Below the pieces are notes generated by a model. It was not told the DNA's origin, did no database searches, and saw only the letters and a program-made list of their open reading frames with translations. Below, one piece after another: positions 18,444-27,653 of a stretch of DNA of 64,000 nt; within the stretch, counting starts at the first letter, position 1; every line of letters begins with the position of its first letter. A program made the position numbers and the translations under genes. Source of the DNA: Candidatus Uhrbacteria bacterium (GTDB lineage Bacteria > Patescibacteriota > Patescibacteriia > UBA9934); the NCBI GenBank assembly GCA_963822405.1, contig CAWGHH010000001.1, forward strand, positions 293,373-357,372. Direction: 5' to 3'.

Positions 18444-19787
18444 ATGGCTCTCGACTGGCAACAGTTTGGATTAAAGAGAAACCCCTTCGATACACTCCCT
18501 TTAGTTGAGGGAGGAGATTTACCTATCGAGAAGGCCTTCGTCGGCAGAATGGATGAAAGAGATATGATTGATTCGTTATTCGAACAGGAAACGCACTTGT
18601 GTCTAATTGTCGCTGGCGAGGTGGGGGTTGGAAAGACTAGCTTGGTGAATTTCCAAAAATTCATTTGGAAATATAATAAATCAAAATTGCTATTCTCTTC
18701 GAGACGCGAAATTGAAGCTAGCAAGTACTTGTTAGATAAGAGAAACTTTTTACTTGAGATCATCGGTTCGGTACTTCGAGAGCTCCAATTGTTAGACCTA
18801 AATCTTTTGAAGGACCCCCTTCTCCAAAAAATAAAAACTGTTGTCGAAGTCAGTCAAAGCATAGCTATTTCTGGGGGCGCAAGCGCATTCGGATTTGGTC
18901 TGGATGCCAGCCACTCAAAAGAATTCACAGCACCTGTGGAACTGACCGTTTCTACACTTGAAGGATATTTACGGGATCTGGTAGGTTTTATAAAAGAGAC
19001 ACGGATAGGTGAATATAAGTATTCTGGACTCATCGTGCACGTTAATAATTTTGATGTTGTACTGAAGTCGGATGAGGGTGGCGTGAGAGAGTTTTTTGAC
19101 GAAATACGAGATATCTTACAGACCCCCGACGTGTTTTTCATATTTATTGGCCCATCAAACTTTTATGAAAAAGTGCTTGTACCTCTGCAGCGTGTGAGAG
19201 GCATTTTTTATCATCTTCCGCTCATAATTAAACCTATGAGCAAAACTGATCTTCGCACAGCGCTTGACGATCGAATGGAATTGCTCAAATCAGAGAACGT
19301 GTCAGTTTATGTAAAACCTTTTGAAGAGAAGCTGGTCTTTGAACTTTATGATTTATACGAGGGCGATGTTCGTTCTATCTTGAACGCACTTGTTTCCATC
19401 CTTCACGAATATAGCGACCGCCTCGCGAAGCCTCTTACAGTTAAGGAAGGCTTGCTGCTTTTGTGCCGTGAATTATGGAGAACGATTGAAAAGAACGCTT
19501 CGCCTACCGATGAACAAAAACAGATTCTACGGTTCATAGCGAATCAAAAAAATCCCGTCTCGAATAAAGAGATCGCTGATGCTCTCGGCAAGCAAGAAAG
19601 CAATATGTCAGCATATTATTTGAAGCCGTTAAAAGACGCCGGAATTATTGAGCTGAAAGAGCAGGTCGGCACTCGCAAGCTCTGGGGAATCTCCCAGCGA
19701 TATAGTATTCTTTCGAGATTTAGTGAGCTGCAGGATGGGGCTGTGACAGATTCGTCGAAGGATGTAGCACAGCTGCGCTTAATATAG
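18444..19787 (+). CDS. ORC/Cdc6-like AAA+ ATPase with C-terminal winged-helix domain
   Basis: 447 aa. FVGRMDERDMI (arch-ATPase FVGRxxE). Walker A AGEVGVGKTSL. Walker B-like LIVHVNNFD. Sensor FIFIGPSNF. C-terminal wHTH (ILRFIANQKNPVSNKEIADALG...). Confidence 0.55.
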   Translation: MALDWQQFGLKRNPFDTLPLVEGGDLPIEKAFVGRMDERDMIDSLFEQETHLCLIVAGEVGVGKTSLVNFQKFIWKYNKSKLLFSSRREIEASKYLLDKRNFLLEIIGSVLRELQLLDLNLLKDPLLQKIKTVVEVSQSIAISGGASAFGFGLDASHSKEFTAPVELTVSTLEGYLRDLVGFIKETRIGEYKYSGLIVHVNNFDVVLKSDEGGVREFFDEIRDILQTPDVFFIFIGPSNFYEKVLVPLQRVRGIFYHLPLIIKPMSKTDLRTALDDRMELLKSENVSVYVKPFEEKLVFELYDLYEGDVRSILNALVSILHEYSDRLAKPLTVKEGLLLLCRELWRTIEKNASPTDEQKQILRFIANQKNPVSNKEIADALGKQESNMSAYYLKPLKDAGIIELKEQVGTRKLWGISQRYSILSRFSELQDGAVTDSSKDVAQLRLI

Positions 19788-19916
19788 AATTTTAATTAAG
19801 ACAGACATTGTGCCTAGCCATCAAAATAGAATCGAAAAATTGATTGTCACCAAATACAATTAACCCCGCGCCACGATTGACGAGACCACGGTGGACATTG
19901 GGATAAACTACATAAT

Positions 19917-20474
19917 ATGTTTGAAAATATTTCGACTTGGTTTGTTGCGTTGCCGATTGGCGCTTGTTTAGGGTGGGTAGCCGATAGATTGCTTGGTCCA
20001 ACTGCGGATGCATTTGGTGCAGGATTACTTAATGTTTTTTCACGATGGTGGAATAAAAAAAGCGAGGCGATTACCGACTATCATAAACTCGAAGACTTGG
20101 TGCGTAAAAATCATATGTCTAATGGACATGGTCGATTCAATGAGCAAAAAACATACATGCACGATCGAGAAATAAATTTAACGTTACTAAAATACGGTTC
20201 ATTTATTCGTCGAGCTATAAAAGAAGCATGGATTGAGAGTGCTACAATAAATAACTATGATGAGAGTGATATATTTTTTGCGGGGATGAATTTGCTTTTC
20301 CCGCAACTTGGCAAGAGTGACATATCAACCATTTATGAAAAGTTTAAGGATAACAACCAGGCATCCTTGCGGTGGTGGCTTGAGCAGATGGAAGAACGAA
20401 AGCCGAAATTTCTGTCACTCGATGTTTTAAAATATTTGCGAACAGAACAAGAGGAACGGAACAAAATAATATGA
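19917..20474 (+). CDS. hypothetical protein with N-terminal TM helix
   Basis: 185 aa. WFVALPIGACLGWVADRLL hydrophobic segment. Very AT-rich. 4-bp overlap with the downstream nuclease gene. Confidence 0.35.
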   Translation: MFENISTWFVALPIGACLGWVADRLLGPTADAFGAGLLNVFSRWWNKKSEAITDYHKLEDLVRKNHMSNGHGRFNEQKTYMHDREINLTLLKYGSFIRRAIKEAWIESATINNYDESDIFFAGMNLLFPQLGKSDISTIYEKFKDNNQASLRWWLEQMEERKPKFLSLDVLKYLRTEQEERNKII

Positions 20475-21532
20475 ATCAAGCAATAACTACAAAATCGATA
20501 GGAAGAGGAATTGCTGAAGTAGGTGCAATTGTTTTGGAGGAAAAACCTTTATCAAAACTTATATTTAAGCCACAAATTCATAATCGTGGAATAAGAGGCT
20601 TTATAATTAGACAAAAAAGAAGTAATAAAAGTGAAGAATGGAAAGATGAACAATCAATAAAACTGAAAGATCTCGCTGATGTTGATGGAGTAAATTTTGA
20701 AATACCAACAGAAGGAATATTGAACTTATTTATTGGAATAAAGAAACTCGCTGTTATTTTAAGAGAAAATGGTGTTGAATACGGAGAAAATCATTATGAA
20801 ATTGTAGATCCTAATTCTGTTATTATAACAGATGAAAATAAAGCTCAGTTTATAAAGAAAATACTTGAAGCGGGATATGAAGAAGAAACTTGGGAAAGCA
20901 TTGTTGAATTAAATCCTGATTTAGCAACAAAACTTTCCTATGCAAGAATTCAAATCGAGAGGAAAAAAGTTTTAGATGAACTTCAAGAAAGATTTAAAAA
21001 TGATTATTCTGAAACAAAAGGAGATGATTCGTGGCAAAATTGGATTTCAAAAAATAATTGGCTTTTTGGTGTGAATTACAGACAACCGATAGAAAAAGCA
21101 AAAATAAATTTATTTGGAATAATGCCAGATTTCTTATATCCGACCATTGATGGTTTTGTTGATGTTTTAGAAATAAAACTTCCTAAAGATGAGGTTTTAA
21201 TGGAAGATGTAGGCCATAAAGGATCATGGAAATGGACACCTGAAACAAATAGTGCAATCGGACAGGTGGTAAATTATTTAACAGAAATTGATAGATTAAG
21301 ATTTGAGAACGAAAATACAATTCGCAACGAAACAACTGATAAAGTTTTGTTTCTAAAACCACGCGCCTTTATTCTTATTGGAAATAGCCAAGAGTGGGAT
21401 GATCAAAAAAAAGAAGCGTTAAGAAAATTAAATTATTATTTACATAATATCGAAGTGCTTACTTATAAAGATTTATTAGATAGAGGAAATCAATTTTTAA
21501 ATAGTCGTAATTTATCCATTAATAAATTATGA
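20471..21532 (+). CDS. PD-(D/E)xK nuclease-fold protein, possibly DUF4263/Shedu(SduA)-like
   Basis: 353 aa. NWLFGVNYRQ...GIMPDFLYPTIDGFVDVLEIKLPKD gives PD...D...E-I-K core motifs. Very AT-rich. 4-bp overlaps with both neighbours (ATGA at both junctions). Confidence 0.45.
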   Translation: MNQAITTKSIGRGIAEVGAIVLEEKPLSKLIFKPQIHNRGIRGFIIRQKRSNKSEEWKDEQSIKLKDLADVDGVNFEIPTEGILNLFIGIKKLAVILRENGVEYGENHYEIVDPNSVIITDENKAQFIKKILEAGYEEETWESIVELNPDLATKLSYARIQIERKKVLDELQERFKNDYSETKGDDSWQNWISKNNWLFGVNYRQPIEKAKINLFGIMPDFLYPTIDGFVDVLEIKLPKDEVLMEDVGHKGSWKWTPETNSAIGQVVNYLTEIDRLRFENENTIRNETTDKVLFLKPRAFILIGNSQEWDDQKKEALRKLNYYLHNIEVLTYKDLLDRGNQFLNSRNLSINKL

Positions 21533-22776
21533 CAAACAATCGATCAAAAATCGAAAAATTAATTTCTGAACTCTGCCCGAACGGGGTGGAGTTTAAGGAG
21601 TTGGGTGAACTTGGTGATTTTTATGGAGGACTTACTGGAAAAAGTAAAGAGGATTTTAGCAATGGCAACGCAAAATTTATCACTTACATGAATATTTTTT
21701 CTAATATTGCCGTTGATACTGATGTAAATATTTTTGTAAAAATGGAGCAGGAGGAAAAGCAAAATAGAATTCAATACGGCGACGTTTTGTTTACAGGTTC
21801 GTCAGAAACACCGGACGAGTGTGGAATGTCCTCTGTTTTAACAAAGAAAATTGATGAGCCGCTGTATCTAAACAGTTTCTGTTTCGGCTTTCGCCCGAAT
21901 GACAAGAATTTGTTGTTGCCCGAGTTTTCTAAATATTTGTTTAGAGATGAACAGATGAGAAAACAGATTGCGAAAACTGCCAGTGGAGTGACGAGATTTA
22001 ATGTCTCAAAAAAGCGTTTTGCAAAAATGACAATCCCTCTCCCACCCCTTGCAATCCAAAAAGAAATCGTCCGTGTGCTAGACTCTTTCACGGAGCTTGA
22101 GGCGGAGCTTGAGGCGGAGCTTGAGGCGGAGCTTGAGGCAAGGAAGAGTCAATATGAACACTATCGTACTGAGCTTTTGACGTTTGGGGTTGGGGTTGAG
22201 CTTAAGGAGCTGGGTGATGTAGCGGGTTATTCCAAGCTTCGAATAGGTGCCACCGAATTAAATTGCGATAATTTTGTAGGTGTAGATAATTTACTTACCA
22301 ACAAACAGGGAAAGACAGTTTCAAGTTATGTACCAACAGCTGGTAAACTGACTCGTTTCGAAACAGGTGACATTCTGCTCGGAAATATTCGTCCATACCT
22401 GAAGAAGATTTGGCTGGCAACGAATGAGGGAGGGGCGAGTGGCGATGTTTTGGTTGTTAGTATCAAGGACGAGAAAAGAAAATACTTGCTATCGGAGTTT
22501 TTGTATTACATGCTTTCTTCGGATAATTTTTTCAATTACGACATGCAGCATGCGAAAGGTGCAAAAATGCCACGTGGAAATAAGGATGCTATTCTACAGT
22601 TTAAAGTCCCAATTCCGTCGATGGCGGAGCAAGAACGTATCGTGTCGATCCTCGACAAATTCGATGCTTTGGTGAACGATATCTCTGTTGGTCTGCCGGC
22701 GGAGATTAGGGCCAGAAGACAGCAGTATGAGTATTATCGGAATAAGCTATTGAGCTTTAGGGAGAAAACTAAATAG
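21529..22776 (+). CDS. hsdS: type I restriction-modification system specificity subunit (two TRDs)
   Basis: 415 aa. Central conserved LPPLAIQKEIVRVLDSFTELEA...RKSQYEHYRTELL and C-terminal IPSMAEQERIVSILDKFDALVNDISVGLPAEIRARRQQYEYYRNKLLSF, the standard HsdS coiled-coil conserved regions. Confidence 0.85.
   Translation: MTNNRSKIEKLISELCPNGVEFKELGELGDFYGGLTGKSKEDFSNGNAKFITYMNIFSNIAVDTDVNIFVKMEQEEKQNRIQYGDVLFTGSSETPDECGMSSVLTKKIDEPLYLNSFCFGFRPNDKNLLLPEFSKYLFRDEQMRKQIAKTASGVTRFNVSKKRFAKMTIPLPPLAIQKEIVRVLDSFTELEAELEAELEAELEARKSQYEHYRTELLTFGVGVELKELGDVAGYSKLRIGATELNCDNFVGVDNLLTNKQGKTVSSYVPTAGKLTRFETGDILLGNIRPYLKKIWLATNEGGASGDVLVVSIKDEKRKYLLSEFLYYMLSSDNFFNYDMQHAKGAKMPRGNKDAILQFKVPIPSMAEQERIVSILDKFDALVNDISVGLPAEIRARRQQYEYYRNKLLSFREKTK
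22093..22140. repeat. perfect 12-bp tandem repeat x4 (GAGCTTGAGGCG; last copy ends GCA) in the central spacer of hsdS, encoding (ELEA)4
   Basis: Read directly: gagcttgaggcg gagcttgaggcg gagcttgaggcg gagcttgaggca. Confidence 0.85.
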
Positions 22777-22845
22777 AATACCCATAGGACGTATTTTGAC
22801 CGAAACACGTTCTACGGGGTACGAAAGAAAGCTTAGATAGCAATT

Positions 22846-25800
22846 ATGAAAATGAAAAAATATAACCTTGTCGCTGAGGGCGCGCAGAGTACTGTTGTTT
22901 CGGAATATACGCCGGATAATAAGAGGGCTTCGCATTACCAGAGTGAGGCGGAGCTTGAGCGGGCGTTTGTGAAGCAGCTTGAGGGGCAGGCGTATGAATA
23001 TGTCACCATTACTTCGGAGGAGGATCTCGTTATTAATTTGAGAAAACAGCTCGAGAAGCTAAATGATTTTTCGTTTACAGATGCGGAGTGGGATAGATTT
23101 TTTAAGAACGAGATTGCCAATCCCAATCAGAGTATCGAGGAGAAAACGAAGACCATTCAGGAGGATCATGTGAAGATACTTACACGTGATGACGGAGCGG
23201 TGAAGAATATTTATCTTCTGAAGAAAGATAACATTCACAACAATTCACTCCAGGTCATCAATCAATACGCTACTGACGAGGGGCAGCGAAGTAATCGGTA
23301 TGATGTAACGGTCTTGGTGAACGGGCTACCGATGGTGCATATTGAGCTGAAGCGTCGTGGAGTGGCCATTCAGGAGGCGTTCAATCAGATTAATCGGTAT
23401 CACCGTGAAAGTTTTTGGGCCGCAGCTGGACTTTTTGAATATGTGCAGCTGTTTGTTATTTCTAACGGTACGCACACAAAGTATTACAGTAACACTACTC
23501 GCGCTCAGCATGTAAAAGATAGTGTCGGGGGTGCGGCAAAGAAAGGAAAAAGGACAAGTAATAGTTTTGAATTTACCAGCTGGTGGGCAGACGCCACTAA
23601 TCGTCCCATCACCGATTTAATGGACTTCGCCAAAACCTTTTTTGCAAAGCACGCGTTGCTGAATATCTTGACTCGATATTGTGTCTTCACGAGTGACCAC
23701 TTGTTGCTAGTAATGCGTCCATACCAAATTGTCGCGACCGAACGCATTCTTAGCCGCATTGAAATCAGCACGAATTATAGGAAGCTGGGAACCGTTGAGG
23801 CTGGTGGCTATGTTTGGCACACCACCGGATCAGGAAAGACTTTAACAAGCTTTAAGACGGCTCAGTTGGCAAGCAAACTGCCTCATGTAGACAAAGTGCT
23901 TTTCGTGGTAGACCGCAAAGATTTGGATTACCAAACCATGCAGGAGTATGACAAGTTTGAGAAGGGGGCGGCGAATAGCAACGCGAGCACCGCGATTCTT
24001 AAGCGTCAGATGGAAGATGCGAATTCGCGCATCATCGTGACCACTATTCAGAAGCTTGATCGCTTCATCGGCCGAAATTCTAAACACGAAATCTTTGATG
24101 GCCACGTCGTGATTATTTTTGACGAATGTCACCGTTCACAGTTTGGTGATATGCATACCGCAATCACGAAGGCATTTAAGAATTACCATCTCTTCGGTTT
24201 TACTGGCACGCCAATCTTTGCGGCCAACGCTTCTGCCGGTGGTCATCCTGATTTGAGGACAACAGAACAGGCCTTTGGCGAGAAACTTCATACCTACACC
24301 ATCGTCGATGCTATTGCGGATAAAAATGTTTTGCCATTTAAGGTTGATTACGTTTCTACGGTTCGTGAAGCTGAGAACATTGAGGATAAAGCAGTGAACG
24401 ATATTGACCGTGAGGCCGTTTTGTCCGCACCGGAACGATTATCGAATATTGTCGAGTATATTCGGGAACATTTCGACCAGAAAACAAAGCGAAACAGCTT
24501 CTATCAGTTGAAAGACAGGCGATTGGCTGGGTTTAATTCGATCTTTGCTGTTTCTTCTATTGAAATGGCCAAGAGATACTACGCTGAGTTCAAGAAGCAA
24601 CTCGCTGGTGTCCCAGGTGACAAGCAATTAAAAATCGCAACTATCTTTAGTTTTGGAGTGAATGATGAAGATGCTGATGGGATGATCGATGAAAATTCGG
24701 AAGACACGAGCGGTCTAGATGTGAGCTCACGTGATTTCTTGGAGAATGCGATCAAAGATTACAATGTCATGTTCGGAGCCTCGTACGACACCTCTTCTGA
24801 TAAATTTCAGAACTACTATAAGGACGTGAGTCAACGCGTGAAAAATCGAGAGATAGATGTACTCATCGTGGTGAACATGTTCTTGACCGGTTTTGATGCG
24901 ACAACGTTGAACACTTTGTGGGTTGATAAGAATCTTCGATTGCATGGATTGGTTCAGGCGTTTTCGCGCACGAACCGCATTCTTAATAGCGTTAAGACGT
25001 TCGGAAACATCGTTTGTTTCCGTAACCTAGAGAAGGCGACGAATGAGGCGATTGCGTTATTTGGTGACAAAGAAGCTAGCGGTATCGTTCTTCTTAAGGC
25101 GTACGCTGATTATTACAATGGCTATAAGAATGACGGCACAGAGGTGCGCGGTTACGAAAGTCTGGTAAAGGAATTGCAGGAAAAGTTCCCCGTTGGCGAG
25201 AGAATTCTTGGTGAACAGGATCGGAAGGACTTTATTAGGTTATATGGTGCGATTTTGCGTGTTCGGAATATCCTCACCACATTCGATGAATTTGTGGGTA
25301 ATGAGATTCTGACCGAGCGCGACGTGCAGGACTATCACAGTGCATATATTGATCTATACAATGAATTCCGCAAGCAAGTGGAGGGGGAGAAGGAGAACGT
25401 GAATGATGATGTAGTTTTTGAAATGGAGTTGATTAAACAAATCGAGATCAATATTGATTATGTGATCGGACTCATTAAAAAGTATCACGAAGGTCACACG
25501 AAGGATCGAGAGCTACTCGTTGATATTAACAAGGCGATTGATTCTAGTGTTGAATTACGTAATAAAAAAGATCTTATCAATCAATTCATCACCAGACTTG
25601 ATGTTCATTCTGTCGTTGAAGATGACTGGCAGAAGTTTGTGGATGAGAAGAAAGTTGAGGAGCTGGATCAGATTATCTCCAATGAAGGGCTCGACCACGA
25701 CGCAACGTATAAATTTGTGCAAAATGCGTTCCGTAACGGGGATATCGTCGGTACCGGAACCGCAATCGCCAAAATAATACCGCCGGTAACACGTTTTTCT

Positions 25801-25902
25801 CCGGGCGGTGAACGTACAAAGAAGCGCGAGAGCGTATTGGGGAAATTAACACATTTCTTTGAGCGATTCTTTGATATTTCGGGTGGTAAGTTTTCAGATT
25901 GA
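22846..25902 (+). CDS. hsdR: type I restriction enzyme R subunit (helicase/endonuclease)
   Basis: 1018 aa. N-terminal PD-(D/E)xK region (VLVNGLPMVHIELK). Walker A HTTGSGKTLTS. DEAH-like VIIFDECHRSQ. Helicase C domain. Confidence 0.9.
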   Translation: MKMKKYNLVAEGAQSTVVSEYTPDNKRASHYQSEAELERAFVKQLEGQAYEYVTITSEEDLVINLRKQLEKLNDFSFTDAEWDRFFKNEIANPNQSIEEKTKTIQEDHVKILTRDDGAVKNIYLLKKDNIHNNSLQVINQYATDEGQRSNRYDVTVLVNGLPMVHIELKRRGVAIQEAFNQINRYHRESFWAAAGLFEYVQLFVISNGTHTKYYSNTTRAQHVKDSVGGAAKKGKRTSNSFEFTSWWADATNRPITDLMDFAKTFFAKHALLNILTRYCVFTSDHLLLVMRPYQIVATERILSRIEISTNYRKLGTVEAGGYVWHTTGSGKTLTSFKTAQLASKLPHVDKVLFVVDRKDLDYQTMQEYDKFEKGAANSNASTAILKRQMEDANSRIIVTTIQKLDRFIGRNSKHEIFDGHVVIIFDECHRSQFGDMHTAITKAFKNYHLFGFTGTPIFAANASAGGHPDLRTTEQAFGEKLHTYTIVDAIADKNVLPFKVDYVSTVREAENIEDKAVNDIDREAVLSAPERLSNIVEYIREHFDQKTKRNSFYQLKDRRLAGFNSIFAVSSIEMAKRYYAEFKKQLAGVPGDKQLKIATIFSFGVNDEDADGMIDENSEDTSGLDVSSRDFLENAIKDYNVMFGASYDTSSDKFQNYYKDVSQRVKNREIDVLIVVNMFLTGFDATTLNTLWVDKNLRLHGLVQAFSRTNRILNSVKTFGNIVCFRNLEKATNEAIALFGDKEASGIVLLKAYADYYNGYKNDGTEVRGYESLVKELQEKFPVGERILGEQDRKDFIRLYGAILRVRNILTTFDEFVGNEILTERDVQDYHSAYIDLYNEFRKQVEGEKENVNDDVVFEMELIKQIEINIDYVIGLIKKYHEGHTKDRELLVDINKAIDSSVELRNKKDLINQFITRLDVHSVVEDDWQKFVDEKKVEELDQIISNEGLDHDATYKFVQNAFRNGDIVGTGTAIAKIIPPVTRFSPGGERTKKRESVLGKLTHFFERFFDISGGKFSD

Positions 25903-25995
25903 TCGCGGGATAGATTAGTATCGGCTTCACAGTCTAGTTAGCAGTCATTAGTGATGAGTGCTAGTATGAATATGTAATTCAATAATTATGTATTT

Positions 25996-26532
25996 ATGAC
26001 AAATTACGAACCAATCACAATTATTATATATTTATGTCAGGTTGTATTAGGATTGATTACAATTTTGTTGATGCTATATGGTTTGCGCAAGATTCAAAAG
26101 GTTTTTCCGATGATTGAAACTGTATATACGGCAAAAACACGATCTAATGGTCAGAATGGTCCGATTGTTTCTGATGCCCTTGGAAGTATTATGGTTACAT
26201 TGGCTACTCAAATTGCCGGTGAAGATTTGAATAATGGAGTAATGAGAATAATGACAAAGGGAACGTACTCGCCTCCTATCGTTTCCAGTGGCCTGGTGAA
26301 AAGTGGTCCCGGTTATCTCTTAGGTTTTGTGATAAACTCAGTAATCTCAGGCGCTACATTGAGAATCCTGGATGGTGCCGATAATTCCGGTGCAGCTATT
26401 TTTGATACGATGACTTTTACAGCAATGTTTAATGGGCCCAAAGTAATTTCGTTGCCTGCGGCGGTAGAATTTAATAATGGATGTTATTTTTGTGTCGATG
26501 GTACAATTTCAATTACTCCAATATTGAGTTAG
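25996..26532 (+). CDS. hypothetical membrane-anchored protein (island cargo)
   Basis: 178 aa. N-terminal TM (IIIYLCQVVLGLITILLMLYGL). AT-rich. No recognisable motif. Confidence 0.3.
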   Translation: MTNYEPITIIIYLCQVVLGLITILLMLYGLRKIQKVFPMIETVYTAKTRSNGQNGPIVSDALGSIMVTLATQIAGEDLNNGVMRIMTKGTYSPPIVSSGLVKSGPGYLLGFVINSVISGATLRILDGADNSGAAIFDTMTFTAMFNGPKVISLPAAVEFNNGCYFCVDGTISITPILS

Positions 26533-26634
26533 TCTAAAATTTATTTTGTAAGAGTTGTATAACCCAAAAAACAAAACTCCTTTTATATTAAAATCAATAA
26601 AGTGAAAAGAGAGGAAATGGTTGCTACATAACAT

Positions 26635-27228
26635 ATGCCCGAAATAATCTACATCCTCATCAATGAAGCCATGCCTGGTTATGTGAAGATAGGCATGACA
26701 ACTAATCTAGAACAGCGAATTCGTTCGCTTGATACAACTGGTGTTCCGTTGCCGTTTGAATGTTTTTACGCGTGTACGGTGAAGGATTGTACGTTTGTTG
26801 AGCGTCAGTTGCATGATGCATTTTTGGATCATCGAGTGCGCTCTAGCAGAGAATTCTTTGAGATATCACCCGAACGTGCCGTCGCAGCCCTGAAGCTTGC
26901 CGAAATAGAGAACATTACGCCAAAGAAGGACTTTGTGGAGACGCAGGAGGATCAGCAGGCGCTTAACGAAGCTAGAACAAGACGAGCGGTGTTTAATTTT
27001 GGCTTGGTAAATATTCCGGTTGGCGCAGAGCTAACGTTTAGTCGGGATGATAATCAGAAAGTAACCGTTATAGACAATAGGTCAGTCATGTTTAACGGAG
27101 AAATCACTAGTTTGTCAGCTTCGGCGCAAGAGTTACTTGGGTACCCGTACCAAGTACAGGGAACGGTTTATTGGTTGTATGAAGGGGAAACACTCGATGA
27201 AAGAAGGAAAAGATTTGAAAGCGGGTAG
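26635..27228 (+). CDS. T5orf172 (GIY-YIG-like) domain protein
   Basis: 197 aa. IYILINEAMPGYVKIGMTTNLEQRIRSL...ERQLHDAF...REFFEIS matches the T5orf172 pattern. Confidence 0.6.
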   Translation: MPEIIYILINEAMPGYVKIGMTTNLEQRIRSLDTTGVPLPFECFYACTVKDCTFVERQLHDAFLDHRVRSSREFFEISPERAVAALKLAEIENITPKKDFVETQEDQQALNEARTRRAVFNFGLVNIPVGAELTFSRDDNQKVTVIDNRSVMFNGEITSLSASAQELLGYPYQVQGTVYWLYEGETLDERRKRFESG

Positions 27229-27492
27229 ATGATCGCTAAACTTATTGAGGCTCGAGATGAAGATGCTTGGCGGATTAAGCTTGCTGATCTCACGGATAAC
27301 TTGAGGCAGTGTCACGGCCTATCGCTCGATAACCGACGATTCATGATTGAAGTGAAAGCCACGCTGATGCTTCGCCTAGCTAAGACTATGCCATTTAGTC
27401 GAATGATCACGGAGGAACCGCCATTTGTTCAGCCGAGCATCCTTGCTCTCCAGACAGAGATGGAAAAACAACGGGCGGGGTTGGGTCAATAA
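27229..27492 (+). CDS. small hypothetical protein
   Basis: 87-aa ORF overlapping the upstream stop codon (ATGA). No motif. Confidence 0.25.
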   Translation: MIAKLIEARDEDAWRIKLADLTDNLRQCHGLSLDNRRFMIEVKATLMLRLAKTMPFSRMITEEPPFVQPSILALQTEMEKQRAGLGQ

Positions 27493-27514
27493 ATTGATTT
27501 TATTCACGCTTATA

Positions 27515-27650
27515 GCCCCAAAACCGTGAAAAAGTAGTAAAAAATGGCATTCTGTCACGGTTATGGCTCGTAAATCGTGACAAAAGTGCATTTTATTGCA
27601 TTCTGTCACGGTTATGTTGCCAAAACCGTGACAGTAGTGTATAATGCTGA
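27515..27650 (+). promoter_or_regulatory. promoter (TTGCCA-N17-TATAAT) with multiple CGTGACA-core operator-like repeats upstream of the second Fic gene
   Basis: 19-mer GCATTCTGTCACGGTTATG occurs exactly twice (27547-27565 and 27599-27617). Inverted partner AAAACCGTGACAG (27622-27634) sits in the spacer. A further half-site AAATCGTGACAAAAG lies at 27573-27587. TATAAT at 27640-27645. Confidence 0.45.
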
Positions 27651-27653
27651 TAT

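Noticed and set aside
21771-22091. 106-aa minus-strand ORF inside hsdS, and similar antisense ORFs inside dnaE, clpC, the 40558-41931 gene and hsdR
   Set aside because: These are antisense to well-supported genes with conserved motifs, so they are judged spurious.
22093-22140. The (ELEA)4 repeat as an assembly artefact
   Set aside because: It is in frame, in exactly the position where HsdS proteins carry such repeats, and its flanks are unique. It is kept as a real feature, although copy number should be checked in reads.
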